DNA of 32,000 nt from Candidatus Harpocratesius repetitus (GTDB lineage: Archaea; Asgardarchaeota; Lokiarchaeia; Sigyniarchaeales; Promethearchaeaceae), in NCBI GenBank assembly GCA_021498095.1, contig JAIZWK010000001.1, positions 2,070,001-2,102,000 on the forward strand. The letters are read 5' to 3'. A program made the position numbers and the translations under genes. This document shows positions 8,243 to 17,688 of the stretch, in pieces (position 1 is the first letter of the stretch; every line of letters starts with the position of its first letter). The notes under the pieces were generated by a model, which did no database searches, was not told the origin of the DNA, and worked only from the letters and a program-made list of their open reading frames with translations.

Positions 8243-8674
8243 ATTAATATCTATGATGTATATCCCCAAGATTTGATCAGCGCAGTTGCTGAAAAATTAA
8301 AAGCTGAGGAAACCATCAAAGCTCCAAAAGAGGCAATGTTTTGGAAAACCGGATGGTTTAAGGAGTATCCTCCAGTCGATTATCAAAATTTCTGGTATAT
8401 TCGCGCAGCCAGCATTTTACGAAAACTTTATCGTAAACCTATTGGTGTAAACCGTCTTAAAAAAGAATATGGTGGAAGAGATCCTGGATATGTTCATTTA
8501 AAGCATAGTGCCAAAGGTTCTGGTTCAATTATTAGGCGAATATTACAACAATTAGAAAAGGCAGGATATGTCCAAAAAACTGAAAAAAATGGTCGTCATA
8601 TTACCAATAAAGGGCGATCTTTACTTGATGCATCTGCTGCAGAAATTCTAAAAGCAGAATCGTCAAAAAGCTAA
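8243..8674 (+). CDS. rps19e: 30S ribosomal protein S19e (start codon anomalous)
   Basis: WYIRAASILRKLY, PIGVNRLKKEYGG and GSGSIIRRILQQLEKAGYV are S19e signatures. The conserved N-terminus (NIYDVYPQDLI) extends upstream of the track start at 8273, but the nearest upstream ATG (8236) is out of frame. Confidence 0.95.
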   Translation: MNIYDVYPQDLISAVAEKLKAEETIKAPKEAMFWKTGWFKEYPPVDYQNFWYIRAASILRKLYRKPIGVNRLKKEYGGRDPGYVHLKHSAKGSGSIIRRILQQLEKAGYVQKTEKNGRHITNKGRSLLDASAAEILKAESSKS

Positions 8675-8726
8675 TTTATTTTTAACAAACACTATAATCA
8701 ATTTATTTAAAGGTGAGGTTGATCTA

Positions 8727-9083
8727 ATGAGCGATGATGAAGAATTAAAAAAACTGAGAGCACAGCGCATGGCTGAGTTGCAAAACAAACAAGCGCAGCA
8801 ACAACAGCAAGAAGCATTGCAGCAACAACAGAAGCAAGCTTTAGAAGCGCAAAAACAGATGCTTCTCATGCATATCTTATCATCTGAGGCTAGATCCAGA
8901 TTAGCTAATATAAAATTGGCTCGACCTGAATTTGGAGCAAATATTGAACTTCAATTAATTCAAGCATATCAATCAGGAGCATTACATGGTAAAACACCCA
9001 TGTCAGATGAATTTTTTAAAAGCCTACTCATGCAACTTCAAAACCGAACCAAAAAACGAACTGGAAAAATTGTTTTTAAATAA
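8727..9083 (+). CDS. PDCD5/TFAR19-family DNA-binding protein
   Basis: MSDDEELKKLRAQRMAELQ and ILSSEARSRLANIKLARPEFGANIELQLIQ, in the canonical position after rps19e. SD AGGTGAGGT lies upstream. Confidence 0.93.
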   Translation: MSDDEELKKLRAQRMAELQNKQAQQQQQEALQQQQKQALEAQKQMLLMHILSSEARSRLANIKLARPEFGANIELQLIQAYQSGALHGKTPMSDEFFKSLLMQLQNRTKKRTGKIVFK

Positions 9084-9154
9084 AAAAATAAATTGAAAAA
9101 AAAATCAAAAATAGAAAGAAATGAATATAAAAATAACAAAAAAAAGTGAAAAAA

Positions 9155-9313
9155 ATGGCTAGAAATAAAGACTTACCCCGTAAAATACGCTTGATGAAGC
9201 ATAAAAAGAAAAGTGGGAATATTCCGACTTGGGTGACTATGAAAACTAAAGGAAAAGTTCGTTGGACTCCATTTAGCCGACGAAACTGGAGAACACAGCG
9301 ATTAAAATCATAA
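9155..9313 (+). CDS. rpl39e: 50S ribosomal protein L39e (not in the ORF track)
   Basis: Manual translation: MARNKDLPRKIRLMKHKKKSGNIPTWVTMKTKGKVRWTPFSRRNWRTQRLKS* (52 aa). It has the L39e IPxWV and RRNWR motifs and the canonical position. Confidence 0.95.
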   Translation: MARNKDLPRKIRLMKHKKKSGNIPTWVTMKTKGKVRWTPFSRRNWRTQRLKS

Positions 9314-9352
9314 TCGATTTTCGTATTCTCTTTATCAGGATGATGAATTAAG

Positions 9353-9853
9353 ATGGCAAAAAAGAAAGTTATTAAGAAAATTAAAACTGAAGATAATCAA
9401 CTTAAAGCTGTAAAAGTAGATAAGCGCGTTGAGCGTGAAGAACAGAAAAAGAAGGAAGAAGAAGCAAGAAAGCAAGCAGAAGCTAAAAAAGAAGTAGATG
9501 CCTTCGATTTAGATGAAGTACCTGAAGGTGAAGAAGAACTTAGTGAAATTGAACAAGAAATTGCTGAAGCAGAAGAAGCAGAATTCGAAGAAGAAATTCA
9601 AGAAGAAAGATTCTATGTTGTTCCGCTTGCAAAAAAGGGATTTGAACGCGCCCCTCGCTGGAAAGCTTCTAAAAAGGCCATTAAAGTACTTCAAGAATTT
9701 TTAACCCGTCATATGAAACCTGAAGGACCTGTATATATTTCCCCAGAATTGAATGAACGAATTTGGGAAAATGGAATCAAACATCCTCCTCGGAAAGTAC
9801 GTGTTCGGGTTACAAAAAGTGTTGATGGGATTGTTCGTGCATATCTAGCATAG
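9353..9853 (+). CDS. rpl31e: 50S ribosomal protein L31e with a long charged N-terminal extension
   Basis: C-terminal half ERFYVVPL...APRWKASKKAIKVLQEFLTRHMK...ISPELNERIWENGIKHPPRKVRVRV is L31e. Confidence 0.95.
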   Translation: MAKKKVIKKIKTEDNQLKAVKVDKRVEREEQKKKEEEARKQAEAKKEVDAFDLDEVPEGEEELSEIEQEIAEAEEAEFEEEIQEERFYVVPLAKKGFERAPRWKASKKAIKVLQEFLTRHMKPEGPVYISPELNERIWENGIKHPPRKVRVRVTKSVDGIVRAYLA

Positions 9854-9936
9854 ATTCATCTGAGATATGCTTTAACCTTATCCTAAATTTAACTATTTTT
9901 TCTTTTCTCCTTAATATGACAGAGCTTTGATTCAAT

Positions 9937-10611
9937 ATGCCGATAAAAAAAGAAAACATTTTTGGAGGGCCAAATATCGGAGTATATTTAGCCATGAATA
10001 ATGCTTATTTTCTCCATCCACCTAAAATTAATCCTAAAATCCTTGAATTCGTAAAAGAAATTCGATCAGATATGGTTTCGATTGAAACATTTATCGGAGG
10101 TGGCGCTGTCATTGGATCCTATGTGGCAATGAATTCATTTGGAATTATTGTACCTCATAATATTTTTGACTCAGAATTAGAAGTTTTACGAGCGAATATG
10201 ACTCACGAATTTCAAATTTCTGTTGTTGAGACTGATTTAAATGCATTTGGGAACTTAATTTTATGTAATGATCATGGTGCGATAATATCACCAAAAATTG
10301 GAGAAGCAAAGGATGTTATTTCAAAAGCACTTAAAGTTCCTGTTAGAGTTTTGGGTTTTGCTGGATCCAACTTACCTGGAGCTTGTGGATTAGCCAACAA
10401 TAAAGGTGTTTTAGTCCATCCGATGATTGATGAACATGATGCCGAAATTATTGCAGATACTTTAAAAGTTGAAATTGATGTCTCTACGATTAACACAGGT
10501 AATCCTTATTTAGGTGGAGGAGCTATTGTAAATGACTATGGAGCTCTTTTTGGGCGCGATTCAACCGGACCAGAAATCCAACGATTACTTGAAGTATTGC
10601 AAATTGAATAA
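9937..10611 (+). CDS. eif6: Translation initiation factor 6 (aIF6)
   Basis: GPNIGVY, NAFGNLILCNDHGAIISP, ANNKGVLVHP and STINTGNPYLGGGAIVNDYG. Confidence 0.96.
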   Translation: MPIKKENIFGGPNIGVYLAMNNAYFLHPPKINPKILEFVKEIRSDMVSIETFIGGGAVIGSYVAMNSFGIIVPHNIFDSELEVLRANMTHEFQISVVETDLNAFGNLILCNDHGAIISPKIGEAKDVISKALKVPVRVLGFAGSNLPGACGLANNKGVLVHPMIDEHDAEIIADTLKVEIDVSTINTGNPYLGGGAIVNDYGALFGRDSTGPEIQRLLEVLQIE

Positions 10612-10685
10612 CCAAAAGAATAATCAAAAAAAATTAAAATCATGATTCTTTTTTAAAATTAATATTTAGCACAATGTGAAAGATT

Positions 10686-10922
10686 ATGGCAAACTCTGAA
10701 GTAAAAATCTATAAAATCACAGGAAAATATGTTAAAAAACATCAAAAATTTAAATTTACTAAATATGTTCGGGCGCTCACACCAGAAAATGCTTTGGATA
10801 AAGTACTTGGTGCAATTACCTCCCAGCGTATTTTACGCAGAAAAATCGAAATTGTTGAAAATACTGAAGTATCTTTGGATGAATGCCCAGATTTATATAT
10901 TCGAGGACTTGCAAATCTATAA
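10686..10922 (+). CDS. rpl18a: 50S ribosomal protein L18Ae/LX (eL20)
   Basis: VKIYKITGKY...FKFTKYVRAL...ALDKVLGAITSQRILRRKIEI, in the canonical position after eIF6. Confidence 0.88.
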   Translation: MANSEVKIYKITGKYVKKHQKFKFTKYVRALTPENALDKVLGAITSQRILRRKIEIVENTEVSLDECPDLYIRGLANL

Positions 10923-11106
10923 TTCTAATTGAATGAGATCATTTTGCAGAACCAAAATAAACTTGGTTAAAAAACTCTTCTTCTTTTTTAATTCTTCTTT
11001 CATTTTTCATTTTAAAGGATTTAGATTCACAAAAATTCAAATTAGGAATCAAAGTTCAATAATGATTCCCAGAACTATCAATAACCTTTCCAAATACTGA
11101 TAAACA

Positions 11107-11532
11107 ATGAGCCAACATACAGATAAAGCCCCTATAGATATACAACAACTTATTTATATTTATCAAGTTTTACAAGACCAACAAGCAGCGATAATTGATC
11201 AGTTAAATCTTTTAGACACCCAGATTCATGGTGTGAAAACTGCTTTAACAAGCATGCAAGGTTTAAAACAAGTCGATAAAGAACATGAGATTATTATAAA
11301 TATTGGTGTAAATGCCTACACCTATGCAAAAATTATTGATCCTAATAAAATATTAATATCTGTTGGGAAAGATATAGTGATCGAAAAATCTATTGATGAT
11401 GCGATTGTAACAATGAGTGAAATACAGAAAAAATACGAAAATATTCGAGAAAAATTAAATCAAAATCATCGAGAGATAAGTTTAAAATTAAAAGAGATCC
11501 AACCGATTATCGATCAAACCTATAAACGTTGA
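11107..11532 (+). CDS. pfdA: Prefoldin subunit alpha
   Basis: Coiled coils flank the beta-hairpin EIIINIGVNAYTYAKIIDPNKILISVGKDIVIEKSIDDAI. Confidence 0.92.
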   Translation: MSQHTDKAPIDIQQLIYIYQVLQDQQAAIIDQLNLLDTQIHGVKTALTSMQGLKQVDKEHEIIINIGVNAYTYAKIIDPNKILISVGKDIVIEKSIDDAIVTMSEIQKKYENIREKLNQNHREISLKLKEIQPIIDQTYKR

Positions 11533-11561
11533 AATATGGAAATTAAGGAGGAAATTTCTAG

Positions 11562-12464
11562 ATGTTTTCAAAATTGCGTAAAGGGCTATCTTCAGTATTG
11601 AAAGTAACTCTAAATGACAAAAATATGGATAAAGTTCTTACTGATTTAAAATTAACATTATTAAAAAATGATGTAGCTGTTTTTGCGGCTGAAAAAATTG
11701 TCGAAGAAACAAAAGAACTGCTTGTTGGTACAGAGGTAGGAGCTTTTAGTAAAAAAAATTTACTTCGCACAACAGTTGAAAAAGCAATTTATACATTACT
11801 AAATGTTGAAAATCAATTTGATTTGATAGATAAAATAAAAAATCGGCTTAATCCAAGAAAACCATTTGTAATAATGGTTTTAGGGGTAAATGGGACTGGA
11901 AAAACAACAACAATTGCAAAATTAGTAAAATTATTAAAAAAAAAAGAAATTTCTGTCGTTGTCGCTGCAGCGGATACATTTCGTGCAGGTGCTATTGAGC
12001 AATTATCTCAACATATGAAAAATCTCAATACAAAACTAATAAAACAAAAATATAAAGCAGATCCTGCTTCAGTGGCATATGATGCTATTGATCATGCAAT
12101 AGCAAAGAAAATTCAAACTGTAATCATAGATACAAGCGGTAGGCAAGTTACGAATTTTAATTTAATTGAAGAATTAAAGAAAATAAAACGAATTAATGAT
12201 CCTGATCTCATTCTCTTTATTGGAGATTCATTGGCTGGTAATGATGTCTTATTTCAAGCTGAAAAGTTTAATGAAGCTGTTGGAATTGATGCCAGTATCA
12301 TTACTAAGTTAGATGCTGATGCAAAAGGCGGTGCAGCTCTCTCCATTGCATATATAACAAAAAAACCAATTATTTATATTGGTGTGGGTCAAGGATATGA
12401 TGATCTAATACCATTTGATCCTGATTGGTTTATTGAGAAATTGATTGGCAAAAAAAGTAAATAA
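11562..12464 (+). CDS. ftsY: SRP receptor FtsY (NG domain only)
   Basis: GVNGTGKTTTIAKL, AADTFRAGAIEQL, DTSGR and TKLDADAKGGAALS. Confidence 0.96.
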   Translation: MFSKLRKGLSSVLKVTLNDKNMDKVLTDLKLTLLKNDVAVFAAEKIVEETKELLVGTEVGAFSKKNLLRTTVEKAIYTLLNVENQFDLIDKIKNRLNPRKPFVIMVLGVNGTGKTTTIAKLVKLLKKKEISVVVAAADTFRAGAIEQLSQHMKNLNTKLIKQKYKADPASVAYDAIDHAIAKKIQTVIIDTSGRQVTNFNLIEELKKIKRINDPDLILFIGDSLAGNDVLFQAEKFNEAVGIDASIITKLDADAKGGAALSIAYITKKPIIYIGVGQGYDDLIPFDPDWFIEKLIGKKSK

Positions 12465-12534
12465 TAACGATCCACAAATACTCTTATCAAAAATATTTTA
12501 ATTCATAAAAAATTGGTAAAGGTGAAGAATTCTC

Positions 12535-12741
12535 ATGTCAGTTGCAAAGAATAGTCCTAGTGAGACGATGAATAAATTTCAACGATTTTGGCTAAATATC
12601 AAGCGTATTATTAAAATTTCAACAAAACCTACGAAAAAGGAATTTTTTACTATGGTTAAAGTTGCTTCGATTGGTATGGCGATTATTGGAGGCCTTTACT
12701 ATATCGTTCAATTGATTTCAAGTTTACTTTCTAATAATTAA
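12535..12741 (+). CDS. secE: Protein translocase subunit SecE/Sec61-gamma
   Basis: RIIKISTKPTKKEFFTMVKVASIGMAIIGGLYYIV, with SD AGGTGA upstream. Confidence 0.93.
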   Translation: MSVAKNSPSETMNKFQRFWLNIKRIIKISTKPTKKEFFTMVKVASIGMAIIGGLYYIVQLISSLLSNN

Positions 12742-12819
12742 ACAATTAAAATACTTTTTTCCTATATTTTGAGAATTTCTTAATTCCCATGATTCTCAGT
12801 TTTGTCTTTTTTCTAATAA

Positions 12820-14156
12820 TCACATAACGGCTACCCCTCCTGTTAATAAACAAGAAATTGATTTAGATACGGTTTGGAAAGAAATATTCACTTGATTAAG
12901 AACCTGATCCAATATTTTTGGTTCATCACGAATAATAAAATAGAAAATCAATAATTCGTTCCATATTTCCATTGATCGTCGTCCTCGAAAATCAATAAGT
13001 TTTTTAAGCGCACTGAACTCTTTTTCGATAAGGTTGGAGGTTATGTGCATATTTCGAAATTGCTTGAGGATTATCTTCATTGCGGTGCCCACCACAGTAG
13101 AACTTCCACCAAGAGCAGTTATCCAACCTTTTTTTCTGTCATGATTGAAAACATGCACTTTCCATCCCTTTTTAGCAGATTTTGCTGGAGGTCGACCACG
13201 AGGTTTCCTGTTTTCTGCCTTTTCTTTCTTTTCTGCCGCAATAATATGTTTGGAACGGTTTTTACTCCCCTTTTTCGACCACGCTTTCGATTGCCTAAGC
13301 TCTCTTTGGTTGTTTTTACATGTCCTATAAACCATCCAAATGTTGTAGTAATTTCATTCGTTGTTTTAAAGATTGTTTTAGAAACGTCAAACTCATCATA
13401 CGAATAGATTTCTACGATAATTCTCCTGTACGGAGGTTTGTGAATATGTCTTACATGTGTGAGATTTTTGCCTAATTTCCTTGCTACCCCTACATATACT
13501 TGAAATCCATCAGATATCAAGAGTTGTAGGCCATATAATAAACGATCTGCACAATTCTTGACAATTTCGAATATTATTGCTTTAGTTCGCTTTTTAACTA
13601 ACTCGACTGCCATAATTTTGTTATTTCCACTCACTACAACAATCAAATACCATGTTTTCCTTCCGATTTTGAGAAATGTTTCATCGATAAACAAGCAATT
13701 ACTCCGTCTCCGCTTAGTCTTAAAATATTTCTTGTGTTTAATCGAATTTGAGACTAATTTAATAACTTGTAATAGAAGCCTCGAAGTGGTCGATCTTTTT
13801 AATTGCAATCTTCTCGATAAAGATTTTACATTTAATCGTCCTCTTTTGAGTGATTAAGAGATGATCGTCTTGATATCGGTTTTCAATTCTTTGAAGAAGC
13901 GACTAGTATGCGGATAGAAACATCTTCCGCATGTAGTGCAAACAAATTGCTGTGGAGAACCTTTAACGCTTGTATCTTGGCTATTCTTAGTCAATATATG
14001 AACTTCTTCACCGTCTTTTTCATTTGGACAACATATTTTCACATAATCAGTAATGATTTTAGTCCCAATTGAAATATTTAGTGGAATACATAATCCATCA
14101 ACCGGAAGTGTATCAATTTCACACGATCTTGACATGATATGGAACGTAACATACAA
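12820..14156 (-). mobile_element. Inactivated IS1/IS6-like DDE transposase (pseudogene); track ORFs 13854..14156, 13119..13808 and 12820..13335 are one gene
   Basis: Zinc ribbon (CCPN...CTTCGRCF), FIDETF, LISDGF and TSNLIEKEF. There is an in-frame TAA at 13854-13856 (14156 and 13808 share a frame) and a 1-nt frameshift at the C4T5 run 13267-13275. Motifs are collinear with the intact transposase at 22125. A possible 9-bp direct repeat AAACAATTA lies at 12740-12748 and 14156-14164. No convincing terminal inverted repeats. Confidence 0.82.
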
Positions 14157-14172
14157 AACAATTACATGAAGA

Positions 14173-15525
14173 TTAAAGAAAATCCTTAAAGTAATACAAT
14201 TCTATGCTCGTTGGATCTTCAACTTTTAGATTTTTATCGATATTTACCGCTACGATATGCTTAATTCGATGTTTTATTGCTTCATCAAGAAATCTTTGAG
14301 TAACTACTCCATCAATTATTAAAGTCTTCATATTAGAATTCATTTCTTCAAAAATCTTAACATTGCTTGTACGGTAAATTTCTTGGTATTGATCATTTAA
14401 AGCTACAGCAATATTACTTGAGATTATTTCTTTCACTATAGGTGAAATTTTATCTTTTGGAAGAGAAATTCTTGGTCTTTCATATTTATCTCGTTCTCGC
14501 GTTGAACGACGCATACTTCGATCTTGTTTGGAACCACGATAACTTTTTTCCGATGCCATACCTCGACGAGTTCGGATTTGTTTATCTCTTCCTTGACGTT
14601 GAGAACTTGAATTCATCCTTCCACTTAAAGATCTGGAATGATTCAGATTTTTTTTTGAAGTTTGAGGCAAAACTGCTTTTTCACTCCGCTTTCTTCTTTC
14701 TTTAAGTAAATCAGAAACAAGACGTTTATTTTGTAAACAACTTACTAATTCTTTTGGGATTAATTCTTCAACTTCTTTATTAGGTGGTGCTCGAGCATAA
14801 TATTTAATCTTTGATACTTGTAATAACTCATTAAGTATCATATCTCCTCCACGATCTCCGTCTAAAAATGCAGTGCACTCTTTTTCTTGAGTCAAATCTA
14901 CAATTACTTTTGGAATTGATGTTCCATTTACAGCAACTGTATTTCTTACTCCAATTTTTAGTAATTGTTGAATATCATTTCGGCCTTCAACAATAATAAC
15001 TTCATCTGCCTCTTCAATTTTATCTCCAGCAGGAAGTCCATTCCAAGTTATTACAGATTCTTTCTCTAATTCAATATTAATTTTTTCTGAAATTGAATTT
15101 CGATCAGCAGTATCTGCCTTCCAGTCTTTTAACAATTCTTTTGCGCGAGCTTCAATTTGAGCAAGTTTTGATTTTCGTAAGTCTTTAATCTCTTTTAACT
15201 GAAGAGATGCTCTACATGGACCTACTCGATCAACAGTTTCTAATGTAGCGGCTAAGATTGCTGTTTCAGTACGATCAAGGCTTGAAGGAATAATTATTTC
15301 ACCTGTTGTTATGCCTTTTTCAGAAGAAGCGTTAACGATAATTCTTCCGATTCTTCCTGTTTTTTGAAGTTCACGTAATTCTAAAGAGTCTAAAAGACCT
15401 TCTGTTTGACCAAACAGCGCCCCAACAACATCTTGAACTTCTACAACTCCATTAACTGTAAAATTTGCAACTATATTGTATTTTGCACTAGTTTGATCAA
15501 TACTTTCATTAATTCCTTTTGTCAT
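14173..15525 (-). CDS. dnaG: Archaeal DnaG (TOPRIM; primase-like, exosome-associated)
   Basis: DVVGALFGQTEGLL, LRELQKTGRIGRI, SSLDRTETAILAATLETVDRVGPC, IIVEGRNDI and FLDGDRGGDMI. Confidence 0.95.
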   Translation of the reverse strand: MTKGINESIDQTSAKYNIVANFTVNGVVEVQDVVGALFGQTEGLLDSLELRELQKTGRIGRIIVNASSEKGITTGEIIIPSSLDRTETAILAATLETVDRVGPCRASLQLKEIKDLRKSKLAQIEARAKELLKDWKADTADRNSISEKINIELEKESVITWNGLPAGDKIEEADEVIIVEGRNDIQQLLKIGVRNTVAVNGTSIPKVIVDLTQEKECTAFLDGDRGGDMILNELLQVSKIKYYARAPPNKEVEELIPKELVSCLQNKRLVSDLLKERRKRSEKAVLPQTSKKNLNHSRSLSGRMNSSSQRQGRDKQIRTRRGMASEKSYRGSKQDRSMRRSTRERDKYERPRISLPKDKISPIVKEIISSNIAVALNDQYQEIYRTSNVKIFEEMNSNMKTLIIDGVVTQRFLDEAIKHRIKHIVAVNIDKNLKVEDPTSIELYYFKDFL

Positions 15526-16397
15526 AATATATTCACTGTTTCTTTTGTTTTATGAGTTGCAAGAAAATACAATTGTTATTAGAAAAAGCAGAAAAATGAT
15601 GATAAAGTCTACCAAAACCCTTTGATTTTTAATGTCTTTTTCGTATATTACCTCTATAAATTGATAACTCTAAAGTGATTCTAATAATAGACATTTATCT
15701 AAGATAAATTCAAGACTATTTTAAGGGATTATCTTAAGATATTCATAATTCTCAAATTTAACTTTGATTCTTTATTTATCATTCGAAGTTTGATTTGATC
15801 TATACTTTATTCTTTCGGAATTTGATGATTCCATTAATTTCTTTAGAGTAATTAACCTTTTAGTAATATTAACCAATGATATTGATTGTATTGTGAATGA
15901 AGATTATCAATCGTAATATGTTGAATTTATTTCAACTTCAGGTAATATATGATATTTTGCATATTTCAACCAAAGGGAATTATAATTTTTCTTCCTTTTC
16001 TAATTATATACTTCCTTGCTTAATTTGTATATTTTTTATTTTTATCCTCAATGTAATTATTATCTATTTTATTGTGGTAATAATTGATTTGGATTATTTT
16101 TGTTATATTAGTTATAATTGTGATATGTGATGTGATAAGGATAATAGATGAAATATAAGAGTTATTTGAATATTTATCTATTAACATTCACGTTGAACAC
16201 AGAACCTTTCTGACTTTTGTTCGTTATTAAGTTCAGAATGTTTCTTAAGTGAACCGTGAATTTTCTTGTATCTGGAGGATATTTATCCTCAATATTATAA
16301 AATTTATTTATAGATAAAAATATTTGGATAAATTTGAGAGTTATTGAGATATTTTACCATAAAATTTGAAATTGTAGTTTCATAAGATAACTAGGAT

Positions 16398-17627
16398 ATG
16401 GAAAATATTCTTGTATTTGGTGGAAAAGGAGGAGTCGGAAAATCTTCAATTTCTACTGCAACTGCTGTACATTTGGCAAGAAAACTCCCTCAAAAGAAAA
16501 TTTTATTAGTTTCTTTCGATATCGCTCATAATTTATCCGATCTATTTGAAAAGGAGATTGGAAATGATATAACACAAATCACTCCTAATTTATTTGTAAT
16601 TGAACCTGATCCTGATTTGTATGCTTTAAGTTATACGGGTGAATTAACGAAAAAAACGAGAGAGTTGTTTAAATCATCCAAACTTATGGCAATGATCCCC
16701 CAATTGGAGTCGATTGTTGAAGAATCTCTCAGGAGTGAAAACTTACCCCTTGCTATGAAAAATGCTCTTTTTTTTCAGAGTATTATTGATGCAGAAAATC
16801 CTATGCAAGGTATTGGAGAACGAAAGCTTCGATATATTGCTCTTAATCAAAGTAAAGAAACACCTCTAAATGAACGTGCTTTACTGCCAAAATTTGATAT
16901 CATGGTTTGTGATTTTCCTCCAACAGGAAATATGATTGCACTTTTCGAAGTTCCTGCTGATCCTTCACGACGATTGATGAAATTAACCTTAAAAATTATT
17001 TCAGTTTTGCAGGATTCTTTAAACAAATTTAAGTCAATAACAAAATGGGCTCAACCCGCAATTTGGATGGCAAAACATGCAATCAACAAGGAAGCAAAAC
17101 CTTCAAATCCTCTAGATAAGGAAGATCAACAAAATTTAGCCCAGAATATACTGGATCTTCTTTATGAAATGGAAAAACGCAGTGATCGTATTGCAGCTTT
17201 ATTAAAAGGAATCGGTTCACTTCGGTTAGTGTCTATTCCTGAAAAACCTTCATTTGAAGAAGCAAAAAGGGCAAAAATACTTTCCGAACCTTTCATTTCA
17301 GTAGATGTATTACACATAAACCGTTTGATTCCACCTTCAGAAATGGGAAAAACGCTCTATTTAGATAAAATTCTTTCTAGTCAAGAAAAATATCGTCAAA
17401 AAATTCATAAAGAATTCCAAGACTTAAAAATATGGGAATCTCATTGGTTGGAAGATGAACCAATCGGAATTGATGGATTAACTCGTTTAGCTGAAGAGAT
17501 CTATAAAGATTCTTCTACATTTGAGATTTTAAATCCATTAAATCGTTATTTAAAGAATCCTACAACGAAACAAGAAAAAAATCCCCTAAATATTGAAGAA
17601 CTGCGTCAAAAATGGCGTGAGAGCTAA
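16398..17627 (+). CDS. arsA: ArsA/Get3(TRC40)-family ATPase
   Basis: Deviant Walker A GGKGGVGKSS, SFDIAHNLSDLF (switch I), CDFPPTGN (switch II), IPEKPSFEEAKR and INRLIP. Confidence 0.88.
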   Translation: MENILVFGGKGGVGKSSISTATAVHLARKLPQKKILLVSFDIAHNLSDLFEKEIGNDITQITPNLFVIEPDPDLYALSYTGELTKKTRELFKSSKLMAMIPQLESIVEESLRSENLPLAMKNALFFQSIIDAENPMQGIGERKLRYIALNQSKETPLNERALLPKFDIMVCDFPPTGNMIALFEVPADPSRRLMKLTLKIISVLQDSLNKFKSITKWAQPAIWMAKHAINKEAKPSNPLDKEDQQNLAQNILDLLYEMEKRSDRIAALLKGIGSLRLVSIPEKPSFEEAKRAKILSEPFISVDVLHINRLIPPSEMGKTLYLDKILSSQEKYRQKIHKEFQDLKIWESHWLEDEPIGIDGLTRLAEEIYKDSSTFEILNPLNRYLKNPTTKQEKNPLNIEELRQKWRES

Positions 17628-17688
17628 GATATTAAAAGTAAGCTGAATTCCAAAATTTTTTTGATGATCTCGCTTTTATTTTCTTGAT

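Noticed and set aside
8663-8869. Cys-rich minus-strand ORF (FCCCCNASCCCCCAC) resembling a metallothionein
   Set aside because: It is the reverse complement of the CAA/CAG poly-Gln tract of the PDCD5 gene.
9509-11770. Short overlapping ORFs within rpl31e, eif6, rpl18a and ftsY (9509, 9513, 9810, 10272, 10729, 11558)
   Set aside because: Alternative-frame or antisense shadows of well-supported conserved genes.
13045-14705. Plus-strand ORFs 13045, 13145, 13558 and 14442
   Set aside because: Antisense to the transposase pseudogene or dnaG.
15897-16130. 77-aa Ile/Phe/Tyr-rich ORF in the dnaG-arsA intergenic region
   Set aside because: Composition is what extreme AT-richness produces. No SD or motif. 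Opposite-strand frames are short and stop-ridden.
16187-16260. Possible hairpin upstream of arsA (TTCACG...CGTGAA; TTCTGA...TCAGAA)
   Set aside because: Short AT-rich stems within chance expectation, and no arsenic context to support an ArsR operator.
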